Shown here: one piece after another, positions 39,244 through 49,402 of the stretch | How the letters are laid out: each line of letters opens with the position of its first letter | How positions within the stretch are numbered: the stretch's first letter is position 1 | Source of the DNA: a virus | Virus record (IMG/VR): IMGVR_UViG_3300035182_000466 | Coordinates: 64,001 to 128,000 of that record | DNA: 64,000 bases | Strand: one strand, 5' to 3' | The notes under the pieces: generated by a model | Database searches by the model: none | Told to the model about the DNA's origin: nothing | Seen by the model: the letters and a program-made list of their open reading frames with translations, nothing else | Translations under genes and position numbers: made by a program

Positions 39244-41553
39244 ATGCCCTGGAGATCTGCAACGTTAGCTCAAATATTAGGACCAGCAAATGCTATGGTA
39301 GCAGCAGCTTTGGCTGCTGCTGAACTAGCCTTAGCTAAAGCACAGCTAGTATTAGCTTTATTGCAAGCTGCACTTAGTGCAATTTTAGATCAAATAAATA
39401 AGATACTAAGAATAGTAGAAATACTCGAAGCAACTGGTGCTTATGTTATTGTACTTAGTGGGGCTAAAGGATCATGGAATTCTCGAATGAGATTAGCTCC
39501 TAATGCTCCTCCAGAAGGAACCGATTGGTGCACTACAGGTGTAGCTTTAGTAGCGGTAGGTCCAGATCTTGCTGGTAATATTGCAGCTTTTAAACAAGCT
39601 ATGGATACGGTGAATAAAGGAATTAAAGAACTTTTTATTAAAAGAGACCAAAACCTTCCACCGCAAATTGCTCCAAAGCCACCTCAGCCACCACCTCAGT
39701 TTAATGTCTGGTATTCAATGACTTTAGGTGACATGTTTCCTGGATATTTTGCATTAGCTAAGAACGTTCTTAATACGGCTAAAGGATTTATAGGTAATTT
39801 AAAACATGATATAGCTAACGCTAGCAATGTTATAAATTCTGCAAATGGTGTATTATCTAGTATAGCTTCCTTTATGTCTGATCTAAATCAGACAGGAGCT
39901 TATGGTATAGTATTACCACCTAAAGCACTTGGTATAATGCAAAGATTAGAAACAGAAGCTAATGCTCCGCCCATGACTTCTCAATTTTACTCTATAGGTT
40001 TGTGCTTTTGTTTTTATTATCCTAATTGGAAAGCCTGTGATGATAAATATGCTTCATTGTGTCAAATTTTTGATCCTAATCCAAAAGAGATAACTATATC
40101 TAGACCTTCTGATCCTTTTAGACCGACAGATATATTTGAAATAGAAATACCAATAAAATCATGGGCTGTACCAAAAGGTGGTTATTATGATAAACAGGTA
40201 AGTGTACAGTTAAAGTGTAATGTAGCTAATGCAACTATTTTTTATACTATAAATGCAGAAAAACCTAGAACTAATCCTTTTAGACGTATTTATAGTGATC
40301 CAATTCTAGTTACTAAAAATAATACCGTAATAAGATTTTATGCAAAAACTTATTTACAAGAAGAAAAAAGAGATAGAGAAGAAGTTTATAAAATAATTGA
40401 ATATGCTCCTAATGCTAATTATTACTATGACTTAAATTATGGTTTATTACCAGGATTTCCTGTTGATGAACCACCTGATTGGTGGTTAGGAAAAACTCTG
40501 AATGAGTGTATTCAAGCAAGACATCAAGATGCTACTGATTTAGTATTAGATCCAGGTAATGCTACTAGAGACATTGATACATGTCCAGAGTATTATAATC
40601 CTGTAATACCTGATGATCCTACTTTAAAGGATTTAAAGATAGTAGCAAAAGTTCAGGATTCTCAAGCTGGAACTACTACTCCAAATAATCATGCTCTAAC
40701 TGCCTGTGACGCCTATGTAGATAGTGGCGGATTATCAGGATGGGCAGAGAGCAGTTTAATAGCTAGCTTTGGATTTGGTCCGTGGGGAGCTTACTCCGCT
40801 TTTCCTGATCCTACTGCTTATTGGATATGGAATGAAGCTGGTGCTTCAACAACAGCTTTAGTTAATACTTTCGTTGTATTTAAATATTGGTATAATAATA
40901 CTACTGGGCAGGATTTTACTTGTAATATTTGTTTTATGTGTGATAACACTGCAATGTTATTTAGTGATAATGCATATATAGTTGGTACAAATCCACTTAC
41001 AGTAGGAGAAAAAAGGTTATTAGATACTGACTCAGGATGGGATAGCATTAGCGGTACTGCAAAAGGTTCATGGGAGACTGAATACGGTTATAGAAATATA
41101 GAAATTATAATGCCTCAAGGTATTACTGAGTTTTCTTGGATAGGAACTAATTGGGGTGGTCCTGCAGGTTTAATATTTACTTGTATGGATTTATCTTCAG
41201 GTACTGTTTATTTTCATTCCGATGCTACTATAAAAACCATTGGAGCCTCGGACGATTGGTATACTAATTATATAGTAAACTATGTAGATAAAGGTTATGC
41301 TATAAATGGAAGTATCTCACAAACAGTAAGACCTGTAGTTGGAGAATACTTTTATATACCTGTTGTTTTAGGTGATTCTAAAATAACAGAAGCTTTAACT
41401 GATTTACACGGATTTGAAATACAATCTAACAAAAAAGGATTATATGGTAAAGTTGATGATCCATATCCTTTTAGCATTACGTTACTTGTAGATAACTCTG
41501 TACATTTTACTATAATTATTTCACCTAAGAATGATTTAGACACGTTAAGTTAA
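39244..41553 (+). CDS. baseplate-associated multidomain protein (helical duplicated N-domain, Fn3-associated and lectin-like domains)
   Basis: TGAYVIVL..APNAPP and TGAYGIVL..EANAPP duplication; PKGGYY..ATIFYTIN; AYWIWN..CDN..NWGGPAGLI. Confidence 0.55.
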   Translation: MPWRSATLAQILGPANAMVAAALAAAELALAKAQLVLALLQAALSAILDQINKILRIVEILEATGAYVIVLSGAKGSWNSRMRLAPNAPPEGTDWCTTGVALVAVGPDLAGNIAAFKQAMDTVNKGIKELFIKRDQNLPPQIAPKPPQPPPQFNVWYSMTLGDMFPGYFALAKNVLNTAKGFIGNLKHDIANASNVINSANGVLSSIASFMSDLNQTGAYGIVLPPKALGIMQRLETEANAPPMTSQFYSIGLCFCFYYPNWKACDDKYASLCQIFDPNPKEITISRPSDPFRPTDIFEIEIPIKSWAVPKGGYYDKQVSVQLKCNVANATIFYTINAEKPRTNPFRRIYSDPILVTKNNTVIRFYAKTYLQEEKRDREEVYKIIEYAPNANYYYDLNYGLLPGFPVDEPPDWWLGKTLNECIQARHQDATDLVLDPGNATRDIDTCPEYYNPVIPDDPTLKDLKIVAKVQDSQAGTTTPNNHALTACDAYVDSGGLSGWAESSLIASFGFGPWGAYSAFPDPTAYWIWNEAGASTTALVNTFVVFKYWYNNTTGQDFTCNICFMCDNTAMLFSDNAYIVGTNPLTVGEKRLLDTDSGWDSISGTAKGSWETEYGYRNIEIIMPQGITEFSWIGTNWGGPAGLIFTCMDLSSGTVYFHSDATIKTIGASDDWYTNYIVNYVDKGYAINGSISQTVRPVVGEYFYIPVVLGDSKITEALTDLHGFEIQSNKKGLYGKVDDPYPFSITLLVDNSVHFTIIISPKNDLDTLS

Positions 41554-41579
41554 TAATTTATATTACATGAAGAAGTTAT

Positions 41580-41984
41580 ATGAGGTTAGAAATGGCAGAC
41601 TTATACGTTGATATAAATTCAAATTACACTGCAGATTATTCTTCCAATATCTTGTGTACTGGTGCACAAGCCTTATTAAACTCCCTTATAAACTTAATAA
41701 ACACAATAAAAGATGAAAATGGGATAAGTGAGAGACTTTTTAAACCATATTTAGGAACAGGTCTATATAGACTTCTTTTTGAACCTATTGATTCTATAAC
41801 TGCATATAAGATACGAATTTATATAGATCAATTAGTAGAACAAGAACCTAGAGTAATGCTAGTAAATAATGAGACTAGTATAATTGAAGATATTGAGAAT
41901 CAGTGCTACTATATTACATTAACTATTATTGATAAAGCTACACAGGAAAAGGCATCTTCAAATTTAATTTTAAGCAAGCCTTGA
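41580..41984 (+). CDS. baseplate wedge/sheath initiator, gp25-like
   Basis: SLINLINT..ERLFKPYLGTGLYRLLFEPID..EPRV. Confidence 0.85.
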   Translation: MRLEMADLYVDINSNYTADYSSNILCTGAQALLNSLINLINTIKDENGISERLFKPYLGTGLYRLLFEPIDSITAYKIRIYIDQLVEQEPRVMLVNNETSIIEDIENQCYYITLTIIDKATQEKASSNLILSKP

Positions 41985-41989
41985 GGTGA

Positions 41990-43843
41990 ATGATGATAAG
42001 AAAACCTGTAGACTTAAGTACAGTCGTTCCAAATTTTTCAGATTTTGTTGCAGCTTTACAGCAAGATCTTAGAGCACGAGACTCTTGGAAGGACCTTGTT
42101 GATGGTAGTACCGGAGAAACCTTAATAGAACATAATGCTGCTATTGGGACATTTCTACAGCAATCTTTAGAGACTGCCTTTAAAGAGTGTTTTACAGATA
42201 CAGCCTCCAGAGATAGTTCTATTTATGCAATAACTAGAATGTTGGGTATTAGAGTATCCAGAAAATTACCTGGAGTGCAAAGTTGTAACATTCAAAGATC
42301 CAATATGCTTAACTTGCCTATAAGTAATTCATTGGTTATTCCAGAATTTTCACAGTTTACTGTTGGTGATGATATTCCTTTTTATAATAGATCTACCTTG
42401 AACTTTGTAGAATCTAGTGCAACATTAAATAATGTTCTTTTATATCAAGGTAAAATTTATACTAAAAAGTATGTAAGCTCTGGAGAACCATTTCAGAGAA
42501 TAATAATTCAATCATCCTCACCAATGTCTATATCAGATATAGATATAATTGTTTATGTTGGAGATGAAAAATGGACTGTCGTTTATGATGGTTTATGGAA
42601 TTATGGAATAGATGATAAAGTTGTAGCAGATTCTACTTTAGGTACTGGTGACGTTATTCTTCAGTTTGGAAATGGCTATAATGGAGCATTACCTGCAACT
42701 AATCAAGATATAACCGTACAGTATGTAGAGACTTATGGTGCAAAATTAAGTATGATAGGTTCAGGTGCAAACGTTCAATTAAATAATCAACTTAATGGAT
42801 ACTCTATATCTGGTAATATTATACGACTACCAGATGTTACCCAAATTTTTACTACCTTAGGTGGTTTGAGTTTAACACTAAGTAGTTTAACTAATCCTAC
42901 TCCAGTAGTTTATTTACCTTCTGGAAATAGTTGGGACATAACTAATGTTGGTTTTCAATTAGAAGAGAGTAATGGAGGACTTGCTTTAATAACAGGAGTA
43001 AATGGAAATGAAGCAACCTTATCTGTAGTGTCTCCTTTTACGACAAAAAATTTATCTGCTGGATCCTGGTTTATGTCAGTACCAACTACGGGTCAAGATG
43101 AAAAACCTAGTTATTATTATAAGGTTCTATCACCTAACATGAGCAAGGCAATGGGAAGAGCTGTTACTACTCAAGACCACTCTGCTGTTATAATGCAATA
43201 CAGCGGAATAAGTGATGTTTTGGTAAGAACAGAAAAAGATATAATAAAAGCTTTGACGCAAAAAATACAGAAAAGTGCAGAGGTTATAGCTAGAGAACAG
43301 TCTCTCAATATTTATAACGGTGTGGATTACTATGAAATAGTTCCAGATATACATCCTGCACTTCAAAATGTGATATGGGTTTCATTTTTAACATCTAGTG
43401 GATTAAGTTTTAATTCACTTCAGAATACCGAATTTTTAAACTGGTTTAGATCTAAGCAATTTGATGGAACTACTATTAAACTTCAGGTTCCTACTAAAAA
43501 CATGGTAGATTTATCAATTTCTTTATATTGCAATTCTGGAAAAGATCTTCTGGTAGCACAATCATTGGCAGAGACTGCAATAAGAAAGATGTTTGCAACA
43601 GACAAGCCTATGTTGAGCAAAAAGATTGTAATGAATGATATTTATGATACTTTAAGTAATAGCCTTGATGACTTTTTAGATTATTCTTCTATAGAGGCTA
43701 AGTTAGATGGAGTAGCAACCTTTGAGTTAGTTCCAAAGAATGCAGCTATAGATGACTTCGGTTTTCCTGTACCACCTGGATACTTATATTTGCAGAATTT
43801 ATCTATAACAGCCAAAACTACAGATAGAAGAAGTAAAAGGTAG
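41990..43843 (+). CDS. baseplate wedge protein, gp6/gpJ-like
   Basis: FTDTASRDSSIYAITRMLG, SSGEPFQ, LQFGNGYNGALP, GQDE, RAVTTQD. Confidence 0.85.
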   Translation: MMIRKPVDLSTVVPNFSDFVAALQQDLRARDSWKDLVDGSTGETLIEHNAAIGTFLQQSLETAFKECFTDTASRDSSIYAITRMLGIRVSRKLPGVQSCNIQRSNMLNLPISNSLVIPEFSQFTVGDDIPFYNRSTLNFVESSATLNNVLLYQGKIYTKKYVSSGEPFQRIIIQSSSPMSISDIDIIVYVGDEKWTVVYDGLWNYGIDDKVVADSTLGTGDVILQFGNGYNGALPATNQDITVQYVETYGAKLSMIGSGANVQLNNQLNGYSISGNIIRLPDVTQIFTTLGGLSLTLSSLTNPTPVVYLPSGNSWDITNVGFQLEESNGGLALITGVNGNEATLSVVSPFTTKNLSAGSWFMSVPTTGQDEKPSYYYKVLSPNMSKAMGRAVTTQDHSAVIMQYSGISDVLVRTEKDIIKALTQKIQKSAEVIAREQSLNIYNGVDYYEIVPDIHPALQNVIWVSFLTSSGLSFNSLQNTEFLNWFRSKQFDGTTIKLQVPTKNMVDLSISLYCNSGKDLLVAQSLAETAIRKMFATDKPMLSKKIVMNDIYDTLSNSLDDFLDYSSIEAKLDGVATFELVPKNAAIDDFGFPVPPGYLYLQNLSITAKTTDRRSKR

Positions 43844-43849
43844 GATGTT

Positions 43850-46018
43850 ATGATTCCGACTAAAGCTAGCAATTGGGAATATATCTATTTAGATACTAAT
43901 ACTAACTTGTATGTTCCACATTACTATAACATAACTGATAGAGTAATGTTTGAAGATAATGAGTACATAGCTCAAGTAAGTCATTATGCTACTAGTTCTT
44001 TCACGCAAGACTACTTAAATGGATATTGGAAACGTTGGAATCTTATAAAGACTAGAGAATGGCTTCCAGGAACAATTTATGCATCAGGAGATAAAATTAA
44101 GTATGGTCATATAACATATATATGTAAATATGGTCATTTATCTCAAGACTTATTTAGTAAAGATCTTAGTGTAAATTTAGATAACTTAAACTTCGATTTT
44201 TTATATAAGAGAAATGATTATAACAAAGTTTCAAAATCTTTTCCTTGGGCAGGCATAAAAGTATATACCAAAGATGAATTAGTAATAGATAGAGATATAA
44301 CATATAAGTGTTTACAAGATCACACAGTCAACACTCTTGCTGACATATATTCAACTAGACCTTTATATGGTGTAAATTGGAAAAGCTATTGGACTTTTAC
44401 TATTGAAGAACCTAAAGATTTAAACACTCGTTGGGCGCAAGGTCGTATCTTTAATATTAATGATCTGGTAGAAAATAATGGTAAGTTATATCTTTGTAAG
44501 AGCGCCTATAATGGATTATCTCCTGAGTATATAGATAATAATGAACCTGGAATGGGTTCTACTTGGAAAGATTTTTGGGATGAATTTGTACTATGGGATG
44601 TAGAACTAACCAGATGTGATTATGTCAACTGGATGAGTGATGTACCATTTCTTCGTGATTATTTAGAAGTTATTGATCTATTGCAAATAACTAATATAGA
44701 TCATCCAATAGTCAAATTGACAAAATTGAGATCATTAGATACAGAAACAGAGCAGGAGATATTAAAACTAACCACTAGCTTTTTAGGTTTTTCTTTCCTA
44801 GCCGAGTCTTCTTTAATAGATCCATCCTCATATTATCAATACATAAATTATTTGTCTATGTATAAGAGTGAGTCTGGAACTGAATCTTACTTAAAATTTT
44901 TAAACTTTATAGTAAGACATGATTTAGATATACCTTCAAACGATACTCCTCTATCTCAGTATATAGATAAAACTACAAAAGTTCCACTTTGGAAAATTAA
45001 AGAACTATATACTCATAATTATAAATCTTTTTGGACTAAAGAAGAAGTTATTTGTAAGTTAGGACTGAGCAAAAAATACTTTAAAACTACTTTCTTTAGA
45101 TCTAATGGACAAACAGTATATAATATGTTTGAAACAGTTGAATATATGGGTTGGGTTTGGAGTAGTCTTGTTGATAATAATGAAGACTTACCTACTTTAA
45201 CTTCTCCTTATTGGACCAGAGTTTCTGCTCTACCTGAATCTGAATTTGTAGATAGTTCATTACTTTCAAATTTTGATGATAGTGAGGTTTTGTATTTAAA
45301 TTTTCCTATGACATTTAGAGGAACTTGGTTCAAGCTAGAGTCTTATTATTTGAATGATACAGTAATATATAATGGTAAAATATGGAACTGTATTAAAGCT
45401 GGTGCTAAAGGATATATACCTTATGATGGAAGTTCTTACTGGAGTAAGGTTTCAGATATAAATCTTTTTGAAGTGTATAATAGTTATAAAACATACTATG
45501 TAGATGATAAAGTAATGTACAACAATGAAATTTGGCAGTGTACTAAAGCCAGAATAAAAGGTCAAGAACCATCTGACTCCAGTAGTTCTTGGAACAAGCT
45601 CTCTGACTCCAGTTCTGTAGCTAGTTCTGAATTTAAGAATTATGGTTATTATAGAACCAATAGAGTATATTTATATAGATCTGATGATATGCGTAAGATG
45701 GGTTCTGACTTAGAAAAGTATCCTGAATATGCAGGTATAACTAAAATATTTTATGAATTATCAATTGCAGCTAAAGTAATTTATATAAAGGAGATTGGAT
45801 ATGATTATGTATTATCTAACTTACCAAGACTTGTTCAGATAAATCCAGATAATAGTGAATTTGAAGAAGCTCACTATATACCATTTATTTGTAATAAAAA
45901 AATTACATATCCTACACCTGTAAGAGTAGGCAATTGGGTACCAGATGACCTTAGATCTTGTGTAACTTGTCCACAAAAATTATTTACACCTAATATTACC
46001 GAAAGTCAACAACTGTAA
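43850..46018 (+). CDS. baseplate wedge protein (gp7/gpI-like core) decorated with ~7 CBM5/12-like aromatic repeats
   Basis: Central FLGF..YKSESGT..LNF core. Repeats W..G.IY..GD.I.Y....YIC and YY.DD.V.YN..IW.C..W. Confidence 0.65.
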   Translation: MIPTKASNWEYIYLDTNTNLYVPHYYNITDRVMFEDNEYIAQVSHYATSSFTQDYLNGYWKRWNLIKTREWLPGTIYASGDKIKYGHITYICKYGHLSQDLFSKDLSVNLDNLNFDFLYKRNDYNKVSKSFPWAGIKVYTKDELVIDRDITYKCLQDHTVNTLADIYSTRPLYGVNWKSYWTFTIEEPKDLNTRWAQGRIFNINDLVENNGKLYLCKSAYNGLSPEYIDNNEPGMGSTWKDFWDEFVLWDVELTRCDYVNWMSDVPFLRDYLEVIDLLQITNIDHPIVKLTKLRSLDTETEQEILKLTTSFLGFSFLAESSLIDPSSYYQYINYLSMYKSESGTESYLKFLNFIVRHDLDIPSNDTPLSQYIDKTTKVPLWKIKELYTHNYKSFWTKEEVICKLGLSKKYFKTTFFRSNGQTVYNMFETVEYMGWVWSSLVDNNEDLPTLTSPYWTRVSALPESEFVDSSLLSNFDDSEVLYLNFPMTFRGTWFKLESYYLNDTVIYNGKIWNCIKAGAKGYIPYDGSSYWSKVSDINLFEVYNSYKTYYVDDKVMYNNEIWQCTKARIKGQEPSDSSSSWNKLSDSSSVASSEFKNYGYYRTNRVYLYRSDDMRKMGSDLEKYPEYAGITKIFYELSIAAKVIYIKEIGYDYVLSNLPRLVQINPDNSEFEEAHYIPFICNKKITYPTPVRVGNWVPDDLRSCVTCPQKLFTPNITESQQL

Positions 46019-46019
46019 A

Positions 46020-46041
46020 TATAATATAATATAATAGGAGG
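46020..46041 (+). promoter_or_regulatory. three overlapping TATAAT hexamers plus AGGAGG RBS before the fibre/radical SAM operon
   Basis: Sequence tATAATATAATATAATAGGAGG. Promoter role is inferred; the background is AT-rich. Confidence 0.35.
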
Positions 46042-46048
46042 TTTTACT

Positions 46049-48613
46049 ATGGCTACAATGCAAATAACTAAAGTCGGTTATGAGCAAATAACCGATGCAC
46101 TACAAAGTGGTTATACTTTAAAGATTACTAAAGTTAAATTTGGTACTGGATCAGATTATGTTCCAACAGCAGGAGATGTTGAACTTCATGGTCATATTCT
46201 ATATGAAGGCCCAATTAGTAATGTGGATGTAGTAAATGATGATATAATTGATTTTCTTTGTATTTGCCCTGAGAACTTAGGTGTAGACACAGTCACTATT
46301 GGTGAAGTTGGATTATATATAGAAAATACTGATGGAACCGATACTCTATTTGCATTAGCTTGTTATCCTTATCCTTTCAGTAAAGCACCAAATATGCGGT
46401 ATAAAACACACTGCTTAGTTTTGAATCCATATATAAGCAATGCAGTAGATTTAACTTTAACTTGGACTATGAGTTTACCACGAGTTAATTATTATGGAGA
46501 TTTACCTAATCCGGAAAGAACTGGAGATAATGCTTATATAGTAAACCACGGATTTACAGATAGTGGTGTTTTAAAACCTTCTTTAGTTACACGATACGCA
46601 ATGTCTGATACAGGCCCACTAGCGTGGGGGCTCTTAAATGGAGATTTATATTATGATGGCTATGTTACTCCAGTTGAAGGGGATCCAGCCAGTTTTAAAT
46701 TAGCTGGTTTACCATTGTCTAACTTTCCTGCCATAAATATTAAATTTGCTTTTGTTTATGTTTGTGAAGGTACAGGAAGAACTCAGTGTAGAGCATTATC
46801 TTATAATGCATCACTAGATTGCTTTACTACTTTGTATGAAGACTTTTCCTTAACTGTTAAGGGATCTGGAACTCCTTCCTATGAAGGAGCTTGTAATACA
46901 GGTAACACTGCAGGTACTGTGTTGCATATAACTAATCTAGATTCAAGCTCAAGAGTATTGATTTGGACAGCGGTAAGGATGGAAGCTACTGGTCTTGTTT
47001 TTAGAGGTCGTTGGGATGCAGCAGCAGGATATCCATCTAGTCCTATTCCAGGATCATACTGGGTAGTATCTGGTAATGGTATTATAAATGGAACCTGTTA
47101 TCAAGTTGGAGACTGGATGGTATTTTCTGGTGATGAACAGTGGGATAAGATTGATAACACTGAACTACCTTACTTACTATATCGTGGTGATTGGGATGCT
47201 TCTACCGGTCAAGCTCCACCGCCACAACCAATACAATATTATTGGCAGAATATTCGTCAAGGACATTATTGGGTAATAAGTACTGCTGGAGTTATAGCAG
47301 GAGTATGGTTTGATGTTGATGATTGGATAGTATGGAATGGAACAAAGTGGCAAAAAGTAGATAATAAAGGTGGTCTAAAATTTAGAGGGTATCATGCTAT
47401 AGTATCTGATAATCATGTGCCTACTGTTTTAACTGATGGTGACTATTGGATTGTGTCCCAAAAAGGAACTATTAATGGTATTCGTTATGATGTTAAAGAT
47501 ATCCTAGTATGGACAGGTTCAACCTTTATGCGGTTGATAAATCAAGAAGGCTTAGTTTATCAAGGTCTTTATGACCCAAGCATAACTGGTGAATATCCAG
47601 TGCCTTTCAAATCTGGTGATCTTTGGATTGTTAAAAAGAATGGTGAAGTAACTAATCAAGATGATCCTACAGTTAAAGATAACTTATATGTAGATGATTT
47701 TTTAGTAGCTATTCCAACTACTAGTACTACTTTTACCTGTGATACTAATAGTAATAGTACCATTTTAAATACTACTGGTAATATGCGTTGGAAAGTAATT
47801 TCAGCAGGAGGATTAACCTATCGTGGTACTCATGATGCATCTACTGGTATTATGCCAATTCCCCTGCATAAAGGAGACTATTGGGTTATTACTAATCCAG
47901 GTTATTTAAATGGTGTATATTATGAAACAAATGATTGGATTACATTTAATGGATCTTCTTTTAATAAAGTTAGTAATAGAGAAGGTCTTAAATATCAAGG
48001 ACTGTGGGAAATTGGTACCAACGGATCTGTACCTCCAACTCATCCAGTAGAAGGTGACTTTTGGATTGTTAGCTCTCCTGGATCTGTACAAGGCACTGGA
48101 TATAGTATAGGTGATTGGTTAGTTTGGACAAATTCTGGATGGACTAACGTTGATAATAGACCTGGATTCTATTATAGAGGAGACTGGAATCCAACTTCAG
48201 GAACAAATCCAGTTGCATTAAAAGAAGGCGATTTGTATCGTATTAACGCTGCTGGTACATTCAATGGCGAGCATGTAGCTCCTGGAGACTTCATTGTTTG
48301 GACAACAGCAGGATGGCTCCTGATCTTAGGAACTCTTGACCGTATAGATATTCCTAGATATAACATAACCACTAATGATTACATGCTCCGTGAGTATGAA
48401 TATGCAGATGCTTCTACTGGTAAAGTATATAACTCAGCTAAAAACCTTAAGATAGGATTTGCATTAGAGATTTTATTTAAAGATAGAACTAATCCAGTGT
48501 ATGTACCATATCTTGAACAATTGAACGAATTAGAGTTTTGTGGTTGTACTTGTACTTGTACTTGCCAATGTACGGCACCTTGTAACTGTTGTAAAGGCGC
48601 AGGTCCAGTTTAA
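46049..48613 (+). CDS. tail fibre: collar-type N-domain, 7 ~55-aa repeats, Cys-rich C-terminal tail
   Basis: MQITKVG..KITKVKFGTG..IGEVGLY..LFALA baseplate-attachment domain. Repeats (Y/F)RG.WD..GD(Y/F)W.V..G..GD.LVW.G..W.KVDN; ends CGCTCTCTCQCTAPCNCCKGAGPV. Confidence 0.85.
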   Translation: MATMQITKVGYEQITDALQSGYTLKITKVKFGTGSDYVPTAGDVELHGHILYEGPISNVDVVNDDIIDFLCICPENLGVDTVTIGEVGLYIENTDGTDTLFALACYPYPFSKAPNMRYKTHCLVLNPYISNAVDLTLTWTMSLPRVNYYGDLPNPERTGDNAYIVNHGFTDSGVLKPSLVTRYAMSDTGPLAWGLLNGDLYYDGYVTPVEGDPASFKLAGLPLSNFPAINIKFAFVYVCEGTGRTQCRALSYNASLDCFTTLYEDFSLTVKGSGTPSYEGACNTGNTAGTVLHITNLDSSSRVLIWTAVRMEATGLVFRGRWDAAAGYPSSPIPGSYWVVSGNGIINGTCYQVGDWMVFSGDEQWDKIDNTELPYLLYRGDWDASTGQAPPPQPIQYYWQNIRQGHYWVISTAGVIAGVWFDVDDWIVWNGTKWQKVDNKGGLKFRGYHAIVSDNHVPTVLTDGDYWIVSQKGTINGIRYDVKDILVWTGSTFMRLINQEGLVYQGLYDPSITGEYPVPFKSGDLWIVKKNGEVTNQDDPTVKDNLYVDDFLVAIPTTSTTFTCDTNSNSTILNTTGNMRWKVISAGGLTYRGTHDASTGIMPIPLHKGDYWVITNPGYLNGVYYETNDWITFNGSSFNKVSNREGLKYQGLWEIGTNGSVPPTHPVEGDFWIVSSPGSVQGTGYSIGDWLVWTNSGWTNVDNRPGFYYRGDWNPTSGTNPVALKEGDLYRINAAGTFNGEHVAPGDFIVWTTAGWLLILGTLDRIDIPRYNITTNDYMLREYEYADASTGKVYNSAKNLKIGFALEILFKDRTNPVYVPYLEQLNELEFCGCTCTCTCQCTAPCNCCKGAGPV

Positions 48614-48630
48614 ATTAAAGTGAGGATAAT

Positions 48631-49368
48631 ATGTCAAGAGTATATTTTTGTGTTAAAAACAGTTATTCTTCTACCACTCCTAAACCTGCGAATATTACGT
48701 CTGTAGGAGATGTAACTATAACAGTATCTAATTCAAACATAATAATAAATCAACCCGATGTTCTTATAGACTCAGATAGAGATATACATTTAATAGTTGC
48801 TTCAGATTTTACATTTAATACTCCTGGTCTAGTTCAGACTTCGCATGTTTTTGGTTCAAAGGATTATTTTGATAAAGTACAGGTTTATTATTATAATAAT
48901 ACCTATTTCTATTATTTTGAAAGTGTAGAACATTACTGTGCCGTATATGAGCGTCACTTTTCTACAGTTTATTTTAGACATGATCCTACTAAAATATTCT
49001 GTGAAGTAACATCTAATGCGATAGCTATTCAAGGAGCAGGTAAATTTGTTTTTCTAATCAGAGGTCTTTTTGTTTCAGAAAATGTAGTTACCTTGAAAAT
49101 GCAAGATGAAGAAAAAACTGAAATACCAATATCTTTAATATCAGATAGTAATACACAAACTACGTTAAACTCTATAAATACTTCTTTCAATACGTTAGAA
49201 AATGGTACTATAGTAGATTCCTTTATTCAAAGTCGTGGATTCTTTTTAGAGCTAGACCCCGATGTTTTAAAAGGTGAAGGTTATCTAATAATAGAGAATG
49301 AATTACCTACAAGTTTTGCAATAACCGGTGTATCTAAGACTAGAAGTAAAATGATGTTCTTTATTTAA
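48631..49368 (+). CDS. hypothetical protein (fibre chaperone or rSAM accessory candidate)
   Basis: GAGG RBS; 245 aa, beta-rich; between the fibre and rSAM genes. Confidence 0.6.
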   Translation: MSRVYFCVKNSYSSTTPKPANITSVGDVTITVSNSNIIINQPDVLIDSDRDIHLIVASDFTFNTPGLVQTSHVFGSKDYFDKVQVYYYNNTYFYYFESVEHYCAVYERHFSTVYFRHDPTKIFCEVTSNAIAIQGAGKFVFLIRGLFVSENVVTLKMQDEEKTEIPISLISDSNTQTTLNSINTSFNTLENGTIVDSFIQSRGFFLELDPDVLKGEGYLIIENELPTSFAITGVSKTRSKMMFFI

Positions 49369-49402
49369 AATAATAACTGATTACTGGTAAAGGAAAAATA
49401 AA

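Noticed and set aside
12433-46018. Bacterial eCIS/T6SS/tailocin locus
   Set aside because: Capsid-module genes, a phage-type ligase and continuous phage-like organisation indicate a phage.
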